DNA of 64,000 nt, taken from positions 7,491 through 71,490 of the forward strand of contig JAHFAE010000002.1 of assembly GCA_023250675.1 (NCBI GenBank), written 5' to 3'. The notes beneath the pieces were generated by a model. It had not been told where the DNA came from. It did not search any database and worked only from the letters and a program-made list of their open reading frames with translations. Numbering within the stretch: position 1 is the stretch's first letter; every line of letters begins with the position of its first letter. Made by a program: the position numbers and the translations under genes. Source of the stretch: Oligoflexia bacterium (lineage in GTDB: Bacteria; Bdellovibrionota; Bdellovibrionia; JABDDW01). Below, one piece after another: positions 1 through 8,678 of this stretch.

Positions 1-75
1 GATGAAGCCACACCTGGTCTTATATTCGGGCCCGGGGATCCTGATTTTGAACGCATCGTAAGTCGAATTTCTGAG

Positions 76-1734
76 GTGGGCCGACGTAATATTGAAGACC
101 TTGACATCGGGGCTGCTCCAAAAATTGATAAACTTGTTCGAGGATGGCCGAAAACTTTCAAAGGTAAATACGAAAAACACACAGTTGAAGAAATCACTCC
201 TTGTTTTACTGGTACGGCTCTTGTGCGCATTCGCGTCACAGTGGCCCATGATAGTTTCGAAAGACTCATCGAAGTCAATTGCGCTCCCGGGCAAGACACG
301 GTTTCGCAAAAAGGAGGCCTTGAGCCTCTCCCTAAGTTTATTTCAAATCCAGAAATCTTAGGCATAAGTTCTGAATTTCTTCTTGAACAAACAAAACAAG
401 AGCCGGGTATTGCCGAGTTCTGTCGGTTTTACGGTGAAAGATTTGCCCATGAAGTACAAAACGTCGGAACAAATAAAAGATTAAGAAAAAAACTAGAAGG
501 TGATTTCTTACCCCGTTTTCATATCGAACTTGTGGGTTTCAAAGGTCAGTTTTACCGCCAAGTAAAAGCAAAGATTTCTTATAGTTTAGGTTCAAAAAAA
601 GATTACAGTTCTGAATTGTTAATGATTCCGTCAAAAAACGAAATTACATCGGCAACCAAGATGGGAACATGCGCTGTCACAAAGCAAATCGCCCCTGAAG
701 ATTGTCTTGGACTCTGCGCTATCACTGGCCTAACTGTGATGAAACATTTATTAGAAAAATCAGCTTTAAGTGGTCGGGAAGCTCTGAGTGAAAAACTTGT
801 CACCTGTCATTTAAGCAAAAAGAGACTATTCCCCGATGAAGTTGAAAAGTCTGCTGTCAGCGGCAAATTTGTGGAAAAATCATTGTTAAAAAAATCAGAG
901 ATTAGTGGAAAGCTTGCAGAGCCAGAATATTTCGAAAAATGTTCGTTCACCCGGGAAGAGGCATTAAAAGACGAACTTATGGCAAGTCAAGTTTCAGGTA
1001 AGAAATTTAGAATGGATCATGTGATGAAGTCTGAAGTTTCAGGCAAAGTCGGGCATCCAAAAGAATTTATAGCCTGTGCCGAAACAAATTACCCTCTCAT
1101 TCCATCAGAAGCAGTGCAATGTGAAGTTACGGGTAAAAAAGTTTTGCCCTCAGAGTTAGTAGAATGCTCAGTAACCCAGAAAAAAGTGCTCAAGAGTATC
1201 TGTGTTACAAGTAGCATTTCAAAAAAATGGATTATTAAAAACAAAGCGATCAAGTCAACTACGGGCAAGTTTTGTAGCCCTCAAGAAGCCATGGTTTGCG
1301 ATTGGAGTCATCAAAGGATTCACCCCGAGGATGCAGCGGTCTGCCTCATCACGGGTCTCAGTTTTAATAGAGAATTGATAGATCAGGAGCGAGGCTATTT
1401 TCTTAATCTGTTGAAAGCACTAAGTGGCTCGGTAGTCAAAAAAGATGAGAAGAGATCCTGGGATTCTATAGTCAACCAAGAGAATATCATTTTTGGAACT
1501 TACAAGAAAACCGTTGAATCCGTAGAGAGATCCCCTAAAGGTACGTTAGTCAGTGTTTGCATAAAGCTTAGTTCACGATTTGGCTTGGGCGTAAAATACG
1601 CTGGTTTTATTTATTCATTAAAGGATAAAGTCGTAGTTGGTCAAATTCGTATCGGTAAACGTAAGGGCAGTACTTGGAAAATCGAAACCGAAAAGGAACC
1701 TAGCAACTCGCCACCCCAAAAAGCCGCTTCATGA
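76..1734 (+). CDS. Tandem-repeat protein of unknown function. The central region (~aa 205-420) is about 14 consecutive 15-residue repeats with consensus [C/S]-x-[V/I]-[S/T]-G-K-x-[V/F]-x-x-x-E-[L/F]-[V/I]-x, flanked by globular N- and C-terminal regions. The start is GTG at 76, but the frame stays open to the window's 5' edge, so the gene may begin upstream of the window.
   Basis: 552-aa ORF; repeats such as SAVSGKFVEKSLLKK / SEISGKLAEPEYFEK / SEVSGKVGHPKEFIA / CEVTGKKVLPSELVE are read directly from the translation. Frame 1 has no stop between nt 1 and 76. Confidence 0.6.
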   Translation: MGRRNIEDLDIGAAPKIDKLVRGWPKTFKGKYEKHTVEEITPCFTGTALVRIRVTVAHDSFERLIEVNCAPGQDTVSQKGGLEPLPKFISNPEILGISSEFLLEQTKQEPGIAEFCRFYGERFAHEVQNVGTNKRLRKKLEGDFLPRFHIELVGFKGQFYRQVKAKISYSLGSKKDYSSELLMIPSKNEITSATKMGTCAVTKQIAPEDCLGLCAITGLTVMKHLLEKSALSGREALSEKLVTCHLSKKRLFPDEVEKSAVSGKFVEKSLLKKSEISGKLAEPEYFEKCSFTREEALKDELMASQVSGKKFRMDHVMKSEVSGKVGHPKEFIACAETNYPLIPSEAVQCEVTGKKVLPSELVECSVTQKKVLKSICVTSSISKKWIIKNKAIKSTTGKFCSPQEAMVCDWSHQRIHPEDAAVCLITGLSFNRELIDQERGYFLNLLKALSGSVVKKDEKRSWDSIVNQENIIFGTYKKTVESVERSPKGTLVSVCIKLSSRFGLGVKYAGFIYSLKDKVVVGQIRIGKRKGSTWKIETEKEPSNSPPQKAAS

Positions 1735-1871
1735 TGTCTTTGGAATTTAATAAAACCGACAAACTCTTTTCCAATTATGTCAAAAGTTGAGTGGTTTCGA
1801 TTGGATGCACCGTATCAAGTTTCAGTTTTGGCTGCCTAGACCGATACTATTAATATCAAGGACACCAGTTT

Positions 1872-3107
1872 TTGGGCGGAGGTTTATATATGTTTGATAC
1901 AAGCACTTGGATGACGGTTGTTTCTCTCATCTTTTTCCCATCTTATTTCCAAGGCCCTCTTTTGAATTTTGCTTGGGGTGCTCACGATCCAGAAATGATT
2001 GCCATGGCTAAGAGAATTTTTATTCTCCTTCCGTGTTGTGCCCTGATCGCTGCATGTTGGGCTACGACAGTTGCTCTAATCAGCGTGATCGTAAGGCAAA
2101 ATCGAAGAGAATTCATAACTTATCTTTTTGTTACTTGGTGGGACATGGGAAAGTGCATTCTATCTTTTTGGGGTGGCTGTTTTAAATTTTGTATGTTCGC
2201 CATTCACTCTGTATTTCTCTTTTCTCGTCTGATCGTTGTGGGTTTACTCGTTTTTATTAGCGATATATTGTCAGCTCCTTTCAAAGTAGTTCAAGTGGCA
2301 GGTGCAAGTGCTTTTGGTGCGGGATTACCATGGATTGCAATTCTTTTAACTCTAGGTTGGACACTTCTTGAAGCCACAATATTTACTTTCGTTACAACGG
2401 GTCTAGTTACAGACACCCTTTCTAGTGTTTCAGGGATGACGATTAGTCCCCGTGCCATTCGCTTCCCACTGTTTGGTTTTATGCTCTTTATCGTCTTAGG
2501 AAGCTACTCGGTTTTGCTCACACTAGGTGATGCACTCAAAACACGAAATGTAACTACAATAGTTAAAATTGCCGTGGTTGAAGTCATCGCCATGATGGTC
2601 GAAGTAATTTTCTTGTATCGAGAGTTTGTTGATGCATTGGTGCCTTGGTTTGCCCAGCATTCTGGTGGCAATTTTTCACTGGGAATTACAGGGACTTTAG
2701 CCATTGCTTCTTTCACCTGGATGGGTATTAGAAGCATGTCCTGGTTCCTGTTCGCCCAAGCAGGTACCCCCGTTATCATGTCGGTCATTGGCGGCCGAGG
2801 ATTTGCAACTAAGGGCGCTGGGGGCGGAAAAGATATTTCATTTGATATGAAATTGAAATCCATCGAAAGAATGAAAACAGAAATGAAATGGATTATCGAG
2901 TACGGAGATAATTTTTTAGGGGCTTTCTTATTTCCGCCACTTCAAATTGTGGCGGCAACCATTAATTTCTTTGTTTTAGTCATTACTTCAGATCATCTGT
3001 TTGAAATTCCTTTCACCGACTTTAAATCAATATATACAACACGACCTTCTTTGAGAAGAGTCACAGGAACGTCTCGAGGAATCTTCAATGACAAGAAATC
3101 AGCTTAA
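1872..3107 (+). CDS. Polytopic integral membrane protein (about 9-10 predicted TM helices) of unknown function, with a Gly-rich cytoplasmic loop (GGRGFATKGAGGGKD).
   Basis: 411-aa ORF with many long hydrophobic segments. Co-directional with the flanking genes and overlapping the downstream gene by 20 nt. Confidence 0.6.
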   Translation: MGGGLYMFDTSTWMTVVSLIFFPSYFQGPLLNFAWGAHDPEMIAMAKRIFILLPCCALIAACWATTVALISVIVRQNRREFITYLFVTWWDMGKCILSFWGGCFKFCMFAIHSVFLFSRLIVVGLLVFISDILSAPFKVVQVAGASAFGAGLPWIAILLTLGWTLLEATIFTFVTTGLVTDTLSSVSGMTISPRAIRFPLFGFMLFIVLGSYSVLLTLGDALKTRNVTTIVKIAVVEVIAMMVEVIFLYREFVDALVPWFAQHSGGNFSLGITGTLAIASFTWMGIRSMSWFLFAQAGTPVIMSVIGGRGFATKGAGGGKDISFDMKLKSIERMKTEMKWIIEYGDNFLGAFLFPPLQIVAATINFFVLVITSDHLFEIPFTDFKSIYTTRPSLRRVTGTSRGIFNDKKSA

Positions 3108-3861
3108 GAAGATCGTTCTAATCGTCGGTTTTTCTTTATTCACTTTTGCCGGTGTCTCTACGGCAGAAGAGAAGGACCCTCCCAGACTCACGATGTTTAT
3201 TGGTGTAGACGTCAGCGGTTCATTTATGAAGAGCCGTTACTTCGACGACTCTCTGAATTTTCTAGCCCACTACATTTATGGGCATCTCAAAGGTATTGCG
3301 GGGTTAGATGTTCCCAAGATTTTGTTTGTGGGATCTTTAGGGGGAATGAAGGGCGGAGAGCCTCAAACCATGTACCCTATTCAAAATTTCGAGCATAAGT
3401 CAGTTGAGGGAATCCACAGCGAACTGAAAAGATTATTCCCCAAAACACATAATGACCGCTACACTGATTTTAACGCGTTTTTTAAACAGGCCCAGACTAT
3501 ATGCAAATCAAAAGGTCTCATACTGCGTCCGATTTCTATCGTGCTCATTAGTGACGGCGAACCCGATTACCCAGGACAAAAGGGCCACGATGTGAGCAAA
3601 ATAGAACTACAACCCTTTGAACTGATTTCTCGAAATGTGACCATAAGACTTCTGTATACAGACGCCAAAATTGGGGACCAGTGGTCAACCAAAATTAAGA
3701 GATCGAGGGTAAAGGTTTTAACCCAAGACGCCAAAGTTATGGTGTCGTGGAAGGACGCAGCCATTTTACAACCAGGTAAGAGTTTCCAAGACCAATCCCG
3801 TTTCTTTGATTGGCTTAAAGACAATGTGGATTCGGATGCTCATTCCCAAACTGTAGACTAG
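3088..3861 (+). CDS. Secreted/periplasmic von Willebrand factor type A (vWA) domain protein with a MIDAS motif.
   Basis: N-terminal signal peptide (LIVGFSLFTFAGVSTA). DxSxS MIDAS motif in FIGVDVSGSF. Conserved vWA strand ISIVLISDGEPDYPG. Confidence 0.6.
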   Translation: MTRNQLKKIVLIVGFSLFTFAGVSTAEEKDPPRLTMFIGVDVSGSFMKSRYFDDSLNFLAHYIYGHLKGIAGLDVPKILFVGSLGGMKGGEPQTMYPIQNFEHKSVEGIHSELKRLFPKTHNDRYTDFNAFFKQAQTICKSKGLILRPISIVLISDGEPDYPGQKGHDVSKIELQPFELISRNVTIRLLYTDAKIGDQWSTKIKRSRVKVLTQDAKVMVSWKDAAILQPGKSFQDQSRFFDWLKDNVDSDAHSQTVD

Positions 3862-3874
3862 TTGAGGCGAAGAA

Positions 3875-5227
3875 TTAGTTGAGGCTGGTCCCTTTTATTA
3901 CTTCAACACTATTGGCAATATCCCAAAGATAAGTCTGATATAGATCGCGAATAATACTTGGTCGGGTGGTAAAGAGCATAGTCTCAATGTGTTTATCCCA
4001 TGAATTTGGCGAGGCATTGTAGGTTCCTGCTCCTCCCTCACCGATGTAAATGGAGGGCTCCTGGCCGATTTTTAGAGCCTCCGAAGTCTCTCGTCGCAAA
4101 AGTAAAAAGGCTTTTGCATGCATGGGACCTTTGGGGCCAGAATACTCATAAAGATGGGCCGGATTGTTTGATGAGAGAGTGAGAAGGGGGCCATAGGACT
4201 GCCTTGCTTCACGATACAATTTATTGGCAATGACCCGTCTTGTGAGGGGTTCAAAAATAAAAAACAGCTGTTTGACTAAATTTTCTTTTGAATTAGAAAG
4301 AATCGTAATCTTAACTCCTCGTTTTGCAGCACCTCGCAATGCTTTCAAATGGGGTGGTTGAACTCTAAAAGAAAAAGATTGCCAATATATTTGATCTCCT
4401 GCTTTCGCACTATCGATGAGCTGGGCAATCTTATCATTTATTGGTGTTTGCCCATTTCTTAACCAAGGGGCCTGCAAGTAAAATTCGTCGTTAAAATCTT
4501 GGGGTACTTGAGAATAGTCATATATTTTTTTTGCAGTTCCAGTGCACTTTGTGATTTTTTTTAATGTGTCAAAGACCCAATAAAATTCTTGGGAAACTTT
4601 TTGAGCTATGGGCCCAGAAACGTAGATGTCCGTATCTCTCCACGATTGAACATGTTTTGATTTACCAAGCATCCAGTTATAACCGCCAGTAAAAACATGC
4701 CAACCATCAACAACCATTACTTTTGCATGACTTAATTTTTCTAAATTAATGGTCCATATGGCTTTTAATGATTTTTTGGCAAATTCGAAGAAATAAGGAG
4801 GTGTACCAAAAAAACGAATATCCACCCCGGCTTTTATCATGCGATGAATTTCGGCACGGGTGGTGGGAGGATTACCCCAATAATCAGTAAATACCTTTAC
4901 TTCAATACCTGCTCGGTGTTTTTCGATTAATATATCGGCAAGACTTTTACCTATTTCGTCGTGGGCGTACCATGCGTCAGGTTTAATGGTAAAAGTTGAA
5001 ATGAGAATGGAGTATTTGGCGTGTTTCAAAACTTCAAATTTATGCTTAAACGTTTCGTCAGCCGAAGTGTAAATGGCCGCATTTGAGGTAAGCTGAGTCC
5101 CCTCTATTCTCACGGCGGAGCCTGTAACATTCAAATTTTCTCGGCAATCGGACCCCGAAGAAAAGGCCGTTTCTCCATGGGACTGGAGAAAGAGCACACT
5201 TAACAAGACTTGAACTAAACTTTTCAT
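3875..5227 (-). CDS. Secreted phospholipase D family protein (HKD superfamily). The first HKD motif is intact; the second is divergent.
   Basis: Signal peptide MKSLVQVLLSVLFLQSHG. HAKVMVVDGWHVFTGGYN matches HxKxxxxDxxxxxxGGxN. Second copy reads MHAKAFLLL...GEGGAGTYN. Confidence 0.65.
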   Translation of the reverse strand: MKSLVQVLLSVLFLQSHGETAFSSGSDCRENLNVTGSAVRIEGTQLTSNAAIYTSADETFKHKFEVLKHAKYSILISTFTIKPDAWYAHDEIGKSLADILIEKHRAGIEVKVFTDYWGNPPTTRAEIHRMIKAGVDIRFFGTPPYFFEFAKKSLKAIWTINLEKLSHAKVMVVDGWHVFTGGYNWMLGKSKHVQSWRDTDIYVSGPIAQKVSQEFYWVFDTLKKITKCTGTAKKIYDYSQVPQDFNDEFYLQAPWLRNGQTPINDKIAQLIDSAKAGDQIYWQSFSFRVQPPHLKALRGAAKRGVKITILSNSKENLVKQLFFIFEPLTRRVIANKLYREARQSYGPLLTLSSNNPAHLYEYSGPKGPMHAKAFLLLRRETSEALKIGQEPSIYIGEGGAGTYNASPNSWDKHIETMLFTTRPSIIRDLYQTYLWDIANSVEVIKGTSLN

Positions 5228-5302
5228 GAATACCCTCTATTTTATGCTTCAAGCCATCTTCATATTGAAACCAAAGTCTATGCGTGTTCCAATATTTAAA
5301 GC

Positions 5303-6268
5303 ATGCATTCAATACAATTCAAAAAGAGCCTGGCGCTGGTATTAGTCGTTGTTGCTTTTACCTATGCAACGGCATTGCAAAATGATTTTGTCAATTTTGA
5401 TGATGAGCTTATACTCTTAGAGAATAAACCGGTCAAAGATTTTGATATTTATACCATTTTTACAAAGCCTTTGGCTGAAGACTTTGTCCCCCTTACACTT
5501 CTGACATTTGCCATTGAATATAAGTTCTTTGGACTAAAGCCCTTTATTTACCACCTGGATAACATTATTCTTCATCTACTCAATTGCATTTTGGTATTTT
5601 TTCTCATCATTGAGCTTTCAGGTGAAGATACGAGAATGAGTTTCATTTCAAGCTTGCTCTTTGGGATTCATCCCCTTCATGTAGAATCGGTTAACTGGGT
5701 GGCCGAGAGAAAAGATGTTTTATCCTGTTTTTTCTACCTTTTAAGCTTATTGGTCTATTTGAGGTATTCGAAAACTAAGAAAGTCAGTTTTTATTGGGGT
5801 GCTTTCATTTTTGGAGCAATGGCCATTCTAGCTAAATCTTTTGCCCTGACTCTACCCTTTGTTTTCTTACTTATTGACTATTACCAAGGCGTTAAAATTG
5901 AACTAAAAATAATAATAGAAAAAATTCCTCTTTTTATCGTGTCTTTTTTGAGTATTTTGATTGCTTGGCCTCTTTTGCATGTGATGAGTAACACAGAGAG
6001 CGCAATTTCTATTCAAAATATTATATACGTTGTACCCGCTTTTTGTTTTTACATCAGTCGGTCCGTATTGCCCGTTGGGCTCAGTGTTCTCTACGAAACC
6101 GGGGCCACTCGAATAGGTTTTCTAGCCTATGTCATAACGGGATTGGTAATTTGGGGAATAAATGAATTTGTAAAAACTCATCAGTCTCGAAAAAACCTTA
6201 TCATTTTTGGCTTGGGCTTTTTTCTCATATCTGGTCTCCCTGCATGTCAATTTATCAGAATAAAATGA
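5303..6268 (+). CDS. N-terminal (membrane, DUF1736/GT-C-like) fragment of a TMTC-like O-mannosyltransferase-family protein, terminated by an in-frame TGA. Probably a pseudogene fragment.
   Basis: FVNFDDE...HPLHVESVNWVAERKDVLSCFFYLLSL matches the DUF1736 region of TMTC-like proteins. Same reading frame as the 6335..7006 ORF. The conserved ADRYFYVPSVG motif is encoded between the TGA and the next Met. Confidence 0.55.
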   Translation: MHSIQFKKSLALVLVVVAFTYATALQNDFVNFDDELILLENKPVKDFDIYTIFTKPLAEDFVPLTLLTFAIEYKFFGLKPFIYHLDNIILHLLNCILVFFLIIELSGEDTRMSFISSLLFGIHPLHVESVNWVAERKDVLSCFFYLLSLLVYLRYSKTKKVSFYWGAFIFGAMAILAKSFALTLPFVFLLIDYYQGVKIELKIIIEKIPLFIVSFLSILIAWPLLHVMSNTESAISIQNIIYVVPAFCFYISRSVLPVGLSVLYETGATRIGFLAYVITGLVIWGINEFVKTHQSRKNLIIFGLGFFLISGLPACQFIRIK

Positions 6269-6334
6269 CTTTTCTCTTATGCCGACCGGTATTTTTATGT
6301 TCCCAGTGTAGGACTTCTCCTTTGTTATGGGGTC

Positions 6335-7006
6335 ATGCTTCGCGATTTTTCAAATAAATTATTTAAGCCTTTACTTGTCTTAGTATCTCTATTTTTCGTG
6401 GTACTCAGTGTTGAACGAGTTAGCATTTGGCGAAATACGGGAACGCTATGGGCCGATGTGGTTTCGAAATACCCCACAAGCTCTTATGCGCAGAGAAATT
6501 TGGGAACTTACCTGCATAAGACAGGCAACATGACAGAAGCAAGAGTTCACCTTGAAACGGCCTTAAGACTCAAACCCGATATTCCTGATGCTCATTACAA
6601 CTTAGGTGTAATTTGGATGGACCAAGGTGATTTTGACAAAGCTCTTGAGGAGTTTGATTTAGCCACTGGCTATAAACCAGAATTTGTAGAACCCTTAGCA
6701 ACTTCAGCTTTTATTTATTCTAAAAAAGGCGATCTTGAAAAATCTATTGAGCTCTATAAAAAGGCGCTTATTTGGGATCCTCAAGGGGGATATCTGCATT
6801 TAAATTTAGCCATCGTCTATAACATGAAGGGTGAAAAAGACTTAGCTCTAAATGAATGTTTGCAGGCTATTAAATTAGAATCAAAGTTAGTGAAGGCCCA
6901 TGAAATGCTTGGTCAAATCTACAAAGAATTCGGGAGACAAGCTGACGCTGATCAAGAGTTCATTGTCGCCGATAATTTAGTCAAAGAGGGTAGGGGGATC
7001 CGTTGA
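6335..7006 (+). CDS. C-terminal TPR-repeat fragment of the same TMTC-like gene (in frame with 5303..6268).
   Basis: TPR-like repeats (AHYNLGVIWMDQGDFDKALEEF..., GYLHLNLAIVYNMKGEKDLAL...). Frame continuity with the upstream ORF across a single TGA at 6266-6268. Confidence 0.55.
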   Translation: MLRDFSNKLFKPLLVLVSLFFVVLSVERVSIWRNTGTLWADVVSKYPTSSYAQRNLGTYLHKTGNMTEARVHLETALRLKPDIPDAHYNLGVIWMDQGDFDKALEEFDLATGYKPEFVEPLATSAFIYSKKGDLEKSIELYKKALIWDPQGGYLHLNLAIVYNMKGEKDLALNECLQAIKLESKLVKAHEMLGQIYKEFGRQADADQEFIVADNLVKEGRGIR

Positions 7007-8211
7007 AGCAATTATTGAAAGCTCCAGTTATTGTGGCAGCACTTGGTTATTTCGTCGACATCTATGATTTGCTTTTATTTAACATTGTTCGCGTGCCGAG
7101 CCTTCAATCCATCGGTCTTCACGGTCAAGAATTAAAGATGGGACTTTATCTTAATAACACTCAAATGACGGGGATGATGATAGGCGGAGTTATGTGGGGA
7201 ATCCTCGGAGACAAGAGGGGTAGGCTCTCTGTACTCTTCGGATCTATATTTATTTATTCTGCAGCAAATCTTGCAAATGCTTACGTGACCACATTTCAAC
7301 AGTATGCTTTTCTAAGGTTTGTGGCTGGTCTTGGTTTGGCGGGGGAACTAGGTGCAGGAATAACTCTTGTTTCAGAAATAATTCCAAAACATATGCGAGG
7401 TCTAGGTACCATGTTCGTGGCTACAGTTGGCGTGTCAGGCGCTGTAGTGGCAGCTTTGCTGGCTGAAGTTTTCACATGGCGCACTTGCTATATTATTGGT
7501 GGAGTGCTGGGGCTACTTCTCTTGTTATTACGGATAGGAGTGAGCGAGTCTGGGATGTTTGATAAATTAAAATCCAAAAAAATAAAAAGAGGAAATTTCT
7601 TTCAGCTCTTTATCAGGGCAGACCGACGTCTCCGCTATTTTTGTTGTATCCTCATCGGAATTCCCATTTGGTATATTATCGGGATTCTCGTGGCCTATGC
7701 CCCCGAGTTCAGTAATGCCATCGGTGTCGTTGGAAACATTACTTCTTCCCGGGCCATCATGTTTTGTTACTCAGGCCTTATATTGGGAGACTTTTCTAGC
7801 GGGTATTTGAGCCAGTTATTAGAAAGTCGCAGAAAATCTGTGGCATGGTACTTAGTTATTTCATCGATATTTGTCTTTTGTTATCTCTTCATGCCTATTA
7901 AGTCTGAAAAATTATTTTATGGAGTCTGTTTTGGTTTAGGAATCGCAGCAGGCTATTGGGCAGTTCTGGTGACCATTGCTGTAGAACAATTTGGAACAGA
8001 CTTGCGCGCGACGGCGGGGACTACAGTTCCTAATTTTGTGAGAGGATCTGTAGTACCCATGAGTTTGGCGTTTCTAGCCTTAAAACCTTTTCTTGGATTG
8101 ATTTGGGCTGCAGCCGCCGTAGGAATTGTGGTGCTTTCTATCGCATCCATATCGTTGTTTGGACTCCAAGAAACCTTCGGGCGTGATTTAGATTTTACAG
8201 AAAATACTTAA
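7003..8211 (+). CDS. Major facilitator superfamily (MFS) transporter.
   Basis: 402 aa with 12 predicted TM helices and MFS-like loop motifs (GDKRGR). Start overlaps the upstream stop (ATGA-type coupling). Confidence 0.6.
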   Translation: MKQLLKAPVIVAALGYFVDIYDLLLFNIVRVPSLQSIGLHGQELKMGLYLNNTQMTGMMIGGVMWGILGDKRGRLSVLFGSIFIYSAANLANAYVTTFQQYAFLRFVAGLGLAGELGAGITLVSEIIPKHMRGLGTMFVATVGVSGAVVAALLAEVFTWRTCYIIGGVLGLLLLLLRIGVSESGMFDKLKSKKIKRGNFFQLFIRADRRLRYFCCILIGIPIWYIIGILVAYAPEFSNAIGVVGNITSSRAIMFCYSGLILGDFSSGYLSQLLESRRKSVAWYLVISSIFVFCYLFMPIKSEKLFYGVCFGLGIAAGYWAVLVTIAVEQFGTDLRATAGTTVPNFVRGSVVPMSLAFLALKPFLGLIWAAAAVGIVVLSIASISLFGLQETFGRDLDFTENT

Positions 8212-8215
8212 GGGG

Positions 8216-8542
8216 CTAATTTCCAAAAGTCTTATCTAACTTCGTTTTCATCTTTGAAAACCCTTTGGCACGGGCAATGGCATTGACAATAGCATCACCC
8301 TGCACATCAGCTTCTAGGTTTTCCCAAAGTGTTTTATTACAAGAATTTTGAATATAATGGATTATTCGATCAGAATTCTTTGAATTGATGAGAGCCATCC
8401 CTGTACCATCTTGAACCAGAGCTTTGTACGCACAATTTTCAAAATCACCTCGGGTGTATTCCAATGCACTTGTCTTCGAAGGAAAACTCGAAACTACCAA
8501 GAATACTGCCATCACGATCAATACTGGTCTAAGGGGCTTCAT
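8216..8542 (-). CDS. Small secreted protein of unknown function (signal peptide, 3 Cys).
   Basis: 108-aa ORF with an N-terminal signal peptide MKPLRPVLIVMAVFLVVSSFPSKTSA. Confidence 0.4.
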   Translation of the reverse strand: MKPLRPVLIVMAVFLVVSSFPSKTSALEYTRGDFENCAYKALVQDGTGMALINSKNSDRIIHYIQNSCNKTLWENLEADVQGDAIVNAIARAKGFSKMKTKLDKTFGN

Positions 8543-8678
8543 AGAAATTATTCCTTTCGTCCATTTAGAATATTCTAGTCAAAGATCTATTCGACAACTT
8601 CGACGAAAACTTTAGCCCCAAACCCTACTAAATACCATACTGCGCAGCGCTAGAGGCACAACGTCATTTTTTACTTAA

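Noticed and set aside
92-803. Short ORFs 92-361 (+) and 603-803 (-) inside the tandem-repeat gene.
   Set aside because: They are fully embedded in a much longer, motif-rich ORF. These are alternative-frame artefacts.
2504-2863. 119-aa minus-strand ORF inside the polytopic membrane protein gene.
   Set aside because: Antisense overlap with a long coherent hydrophobic ORF and no independent signals.
6266-6268. In-frame TGA in the TMTC-like gene considered as a possible selenocysteine or recoding site.
   Set aside because: No Cys aligns at this position in the paralogue (the position corresponds to a loop residue) and no SECIS-like hairpin was seen downstream. A nonsense mutation or error is more parsimonious.
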